Assembly (NCBI GenBank): GCA_016124615.1
Contig: WGNF01000014.1
Location: forward strand, 40,932 to 104,931
Origin: Paracoccaceae bacterium
GTDB taxonomy: Bacteria; Pseudomonadota; Alphaproteobacteria; Rhodobacterales; Rhodobacteraceae
Length of the DNA stretch: 64,000 nucleotides
Direction of reading: 5' to 3'
The stretch's first letter is position 1. Every line of letters begins with the position of its first letter. The position numbers and the translations under genes are program-made. A model generated the notes under the pieces. The model searched no databases. It saw only the letters and a program-made list of their open reading frames with translations, and was not told where the DNA came from. This document shows, one piece after another, positions 60,199-64,000 of this stretch.

Positions 60199-60986
60199 GC
60201 GCGGGCGGGATGATCGTCGCGGTCTATCAGGGGCCATCGCCCGACGGTGACATCGCGGCCGCCTTCGAGGCCATCGCGCGGATGCTGGCCGCCGCCGCCG
60301 CCGCCGGGGCGCGGCTGGTGGTGTTCCCGGAACTCTACCTGCCCGGCTACAACCACGCTGGAATTCCTGTGCTGGCCCAATCGGCCGGCGGCGCATGGGA
60401 ACGGCGGCTGGCCGATCTGGCGCGCACGGCGGGCTGCGCGCTGGCGATCGGGCTGGCGGAACGCGACGGCGACGTGCTGCGCAACACCGCGCTGGTGTTC
60501 GACGGCACCGGCCGAGAACTGGCCCGCTACCGCAAGGTGCAGCTTTACGGCCCGCGCGAACAGGCGCTGTTCGTGCCCGGCGACCGGCTTTGCCTGTTCG
60601 ACCTCGACGGGATCCGCTGCGGGCTGATGATCTGCTACGATGTCGAATTCGCGCCGCTCGTGCGCGCCAATGCCGCCGCCGGGGCCGCGCTGCTGATCGT
60701 GCCGACCGCGAACCCGGTGCCGTTTCATCACGTGCCACGCCTGACGGTGCCCGCGCAGGCGGTCAACCACGGCGTGATCATCGCCTATGCCAATCTTTGC
60801 GGCCCGGAAGGCGATCTGGTCTACAGCGGCGGGTCCTGCATCGTCGGCCCCGACGGCGCGATGCTGGCCAGCGCGGGGCCCGGTGCGGCGCTGCTGATCG
60901 CCGACCTTGCGCCCGCCTTTGCGGTGCCTGCCGCGATGCGGTCCACCCAGCTTGCCGATCTGCGGCCGCTGACCCCCGAGGGCTGA
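60195..60986 (+). CDS. Carbon-nitrogen hydrolase (nitrilase superfamily amidase)
   Basis: Glu-Lys-Cys triad: VFPEL, YRKVQL, ICYDVEFA; ATGA overlap. Confidence 0.9.
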   Translation: MSAGGMIVAVYQGPSPDGDIAAAFEAIARMLAAAAAAGARLVVFPELYLPGYNHAGIPVLAQSAGGAWERRLADLARTAGCALAIGLAERDGDVLRNTALVFDGTGRELARYRKVQLYGPREQALFVPGDRLCLFDLDGIRCGLMICYDVEFAPLVRANAAAGAALLIVPTANPVPFHHVPRLTVPAQAVNHGVIIAYANLCGPEGDLVYSGGSCIVGPDGAMLASAGPGAALLIADLAPAFAVPAAMRSTQLADLRPLTPEG

Positions 60987-60990
60987 CGCC

Positions 60991-61809
60991 TCAATCGCCC
61001 AGCTTGGCGTGAACCTCGTCAAGGTCCACCGGGCCCTTGGGCATCTTGTTGCCGGGGTTTTCGAAGTCGTAGCGGAACAACTGGAAGTCTTTCTTGTAGA
61101 TTTCCCAGATCAGATGCATCGACAGGTCGTCGAAATAATCCTCGACCGGGTGGGCGCGTTTGGGCCCGTGGCCCTCGCTTTCGTTGAAGCGCGGGATGGC
61201 CTTCAAATCGACCGCATGCGCCATCGGAACGTGGTCGAGCACGACCTGCATCCCCTCGTCGAACTTCTCGGTGAAGAAGATGTGGTCATACCGCCCGCCA
61301 TTGGCGATGAAGGTCGAGACATGGCCCGCCATCGCCGACCAATGGATGTCGGGCTCCATCGGCTTGCGCCAGCGGATGGTGTCGCGCGCGAACAGCAGGA
61401 ACCGGCGGAAGCTGCGGATCTGGTCGAACTCTTCCTTGCCCTCCGGCCCGCCGACCTCGATCCCGTACTTCTGCACCAGCAGCGGCACGAGGTTGCCCCG
61501 ATAGCGTTTGCCATTGCGCTGGATGCCGCAAATCTTGTCGAAGAACGACGACAGGATGCGGCTGTAGGGGTTCCGGACGCAGGTGAAGGCGTAGGATTTA
61601 TGCGCCTTCACGTTGCGCTCGATCAGCGTCTGGCTGTTTTCGAGGGCCCATTTGTGCAACCCCTCGGTCGCATCATGGATGTCGCCGTCGAAAAAGCGGC
61701 CGTGGTCGGAATAGAACATGATCTGCCCGATGGTCGAACAGGCGCATTTGGGCACGACGCGATAGACCATGCTCTCGCTCTCGGTCATCCAGGTGCCGGG
61801 AAAGCCCAT
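60991..61809 (-). CDS. Sulfotransferase family 2 protein
   Basis: VPKCACSTI (5'-PSB), CVRNPYSRILSSF (3'-PB), DIHW, YKKDFQLFRY. Confidence 0.88.
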   Translation of the reverse strand: MGFPGTWMTESESMVYRVVPKCACSTIGQIMFYSDHGRFFDGDIHDATEGLHKWALENSQTLIERNVKAHKSYAFTCVRNPYSRILSSFFDKICGIQRNGKRYRGNLVPLLVQKYGIEVGGPEGKEEFDQIRSFRRFLLFARDTIRWRKPMEPDIHWSAMAGHVSTFIANGGRYDHIFFTEKFDEGMQVVLDHVPMAHAVDLKAIPRFNESEGHGPKRAHPVEDYFDDLSMHLIWEIYKKDFQLFRYDFENPGNKMPKGPVDLDEVHAKLGD

Positions 61810-61954
61810 TGGCGTCGATCCTTCCTGCTTCGGGCCGCATCGGTCGCCCCGCCCGCTCAATCGGCGCCAACAGAACAAAGAAACTCTGTCTTTTCAATGA
61901 CCGTTCACGCTATCTAGTCACCATCACGTCAGCCGCCGCTGCCAAAGGGCCTGA

Positions 61955-63532
61955 ATGGCACGAATCGCCTATATCCTTCTGTCCCACAAGGACCCCGAGG
62001 GGATCATCGCGCAGGCCCGCCGCCTGACCGCGGCGGGCGATTTCGTGTCGATCCATTTCGACGGCCGATCCGGCCGCGCGCCCTATGACCGCATCCGCGC
62101 AGCGCTGAAGGACAACCCCGCCGTCACCTTCGCGCGCCGCCGCGTCAAATGCGGCTGGGGCGAGTGGAGCCTGGTGGAGGCGACGCTGCAGGCCGTGCAG
62201 GCGGCGCTGACGGCGTTTCCGCAAGCGACCCATTTCTACATGCTGTCGGGCGACTGCATGCCGATCAAATCGGCGGCCTACGCGCATGACATGCTGGACC
62301 GCGACCCGGTCGATTACATCGAGTCGGTCGATTTCCTCGGCTCCGACTGGATCAAGACCGGCATGAAGGAAGAGCGGCTGATCTATCGCCACCTCTTCAA
62401 CGAGCGCAAATGGAAGTGGCTGTTCTACAAATCGGTTGACCTGCAGCGCAGCCTCGGCCTGTCGCGCCGCATACCGCATGACCTGCAGATCATGATCGGC
62501 AGCCAATGGTGGTGCCTGCGCCGCCGCACCGTCGAGGCTGTGATGGATTTCAGCCGCAGGCGGCATGACGTGATGCGCTTCTTCCGCACCACATGGATCC
62601 CGGATGAGACGTTCTTTCAGACGTTGGTGCGCCATCTGGTGCCGGAGACAGAGATCCGGTCGCGCACGCTGACGTTCCTGATGTTCACCGACTACGGCAT
62701 GCCGGTGACCTTCTACAACGACCACTACGACCTGCTCCTCAGCCAGGATTACCTTTTCGCGCGCAAGATCTCGCCCGACGCGACCGCGCTGAAAACGCGG
62801 CTGGGTCAGCTTTACGCCGATGACGCCGCCCGTTTCACCATCTCGAACGAGGGGCGGTCGCTGTTTCAGTTCCTGACCGGCCGTGGCCGCGTCGGCCGCC
62901 GCTTTGCCCCCCGGTTCTGGGAGGCGGAATCGACGCTGGGGCGCGAACGCGAGCTGCTGATCATCACCTGCAAGAAATGGCACGTCGCCAAGCGGCTGAC
63001 GGAACGGGTACGGCAGGTCACCAACCTTCCGGCGCTCGACTACATCTTCAACGAACAGTCGGCCGCGCTGCCCGACCTCGGCGGCATCCAGAGCACGGTG
63101 GAAAAGCGCGCCCGCCACCGCCGCGCGCTGATGCGGATGCTGTTCGACAACTATGTCACCGACAAGCTGCTGATCTGCATCGACCCAGCCAACGTGGACC
63201 TGATGCAGGATTTCTATTCCGACCGCTGCACCACCCGGCTGCTGGAGGTGGAGTGTGAATTCAGCGACGACTACCTGATCGGCCACGCCCGCCGGACCGG
63301 CCTTGCGGGCGACCAGACCCCGCGCGACACGCTGGACAAGTTGCTGCCGACGATCCGCTACGACGTGAAGTTCGAAAGCGACCGGATCGGCGACGCGGAT
63401 TTCCCCGACTTCTTCCGCATCCGCGAGGCGGCCAGCATCGACGAAAACACCCCGGCGCTGGCCGCCTTTCTGGACGTGCCGATGGACAAGGCGCGCGCCA
63501 TCGCCGCCTCACCCTATCTTTTTGTGGACTGA
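61955..63532 (+). CDS. Core-2/I-branching (GT14)-like glycosyltransferase with C-terminal DUF5928-like domain
   Basis: IAYILLSHK, CGWGEWSLVEATL, LSGDCMP, IGSQWWCL, WIPDETFFQT, FARK. Confidence 0.82.
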   Translation: MARIAYILLSHKDPEGIIAQARRLTAAGDFVSIHFDGRSGRAPYDRIRAALKDNPAVTFARRRVKCGWGEWSLVEATLQAVQAALTAFPQATHFYMLSGDCMPIKSAAYAHDMLDRDPVDYIESVDFLGSDWIKTGMKEERLIYRHLFNERKWKWLFYKSVDLQRSLGLSRRIPHDLQIMIGSQWWCLRRRTVEAVMDFSRRRHDVMRFFRTTWIPDETFFQTLVRHLVPETEIRSRTLTFLMFTDYGMPVTFYNDHYDLLLSQDYLFARKISPDATALKTRLGQLYADDAARFTISNEGRSLFQFLTGRGRVGRRFAPRFWEAESTLGRERELLIITCKKWHVAKRLTERVRQVTNLPALDYIFNEQSAALPDLGGIQSTVEKRARHRRALMRMLFDNYVTDKLLICIDPANVDLMQDFYSDRCTTRLLEVECEFSDDYLIGHARRTGLAGDQTPRDTLDKLLPTIRYDVKFESDRIGDADFPDFFRIREAASIDENTPALAAFLDVPMDKARAIAASPYLFVD

Positions 63533-63546
63533 CCCCGAGGACGAAC

Positions 63547-63930
63547 ATGCCCTACGCCTATGACGACCAGAACATCTTTGCCCGCATCCTGCGCGGCGAG
63601 ATCCCGAACAAGACGGTGCTGGAAACTGAACATTGCCTCGCGTTCCACGATATCCGCGCGCAGGCGCCCACGCATGTGCTGGTGATCCCGCGCGGCGCCT
63701 ATGTGAACTTTGACCATTTCATCGCCGAGGCGTCGGACGCCGAAATCCTCGATTTCAACCGTGCGGTGGCAAAGGTCGGCGAAATGCTCGACCTGCTGCC
63801 GGGCACGGGTGGCGAGGGCTACAGGCTGATCGCCAATTCCGGCCCGCACAGCCATCAGGAGGTGCCGCACCTGCATTTCCACGTGCTGGCCGGGCGTCCG
63901 CTGGGCGCGATGCTGGTGGGCCCCGCCTGA
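63547..63930 (+). CDS. HIT family nucleotide-binding protein
   Basis: NIFARILRGEIP, AFHDIRAQAPTHVLVIP, QEVPHLHFHV histidine triad. Confidence 0.93.
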   Translation: MPYAYDDQNIFARILRGEIPNKTVLETEHCLAFHDIRAQAPTHVLVIPRGAYVNFDHFIAEASDAEILDFNRAVAKVGEMLDLLPGTGGEGYRLIANSGPHSHQEVPHLHFHVLAGRPLGAMLVGPA

Positions 63931-64000
63931 GCGCAGGTTTGCGCAGCTTCCGGGTCGGCGCGGGGGCCTTGCCGGGGCAGAGTGGCCGGGCAAAGGAGAA

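Overview
High-GC (~70%) chromosomal segment of a Rhodobacteraceae-type alphaproteobacterium (Rhodobacter/Gemmobacter-like), judged from conserved gene blocks: ribA-ompR-xth, cnoX-lon-trm112, ubiH/L-amidase-aminotransferase-ftsK-lolA, STAS/anti-sigma pair, pnp-rpsO, truB-rbfA/dapB, rsmB-purH-lspA-mutL-rmuC, rpoE-chrR and rpmJ-tRNA-Val. Accessory genes sit inside this backbone: an MFS gene between two copies of a SorX/SorY-like sRNA, a Co-type nitrile hydratase operon, an orphan Pepco/Trypco-like protein between ftsK and lolA, a lower-GC class II Fic gene, an RTX-repeat protein, a fluoroacetate-dehalogenase-like hydrolase, and a strongly AT-shifted two-gene cassette (42608-44147). That cassette encodes a Pol-beta-type nucleotidyltransferase (DUF6932-like) coupled to an uncharacterised 318-aa protein and is the best candidate for an undescribed defence or toxin-antitoxin system. 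No CRISPR array, integrase or transposase was seen. Three genes missing from the ORF track were read directly from the sequence: the truncated amylosucrase, a DUF1674 protein and rpmJ. Family calls come from motif recognition, not database searches. GC values are rough counts from sampled lines.
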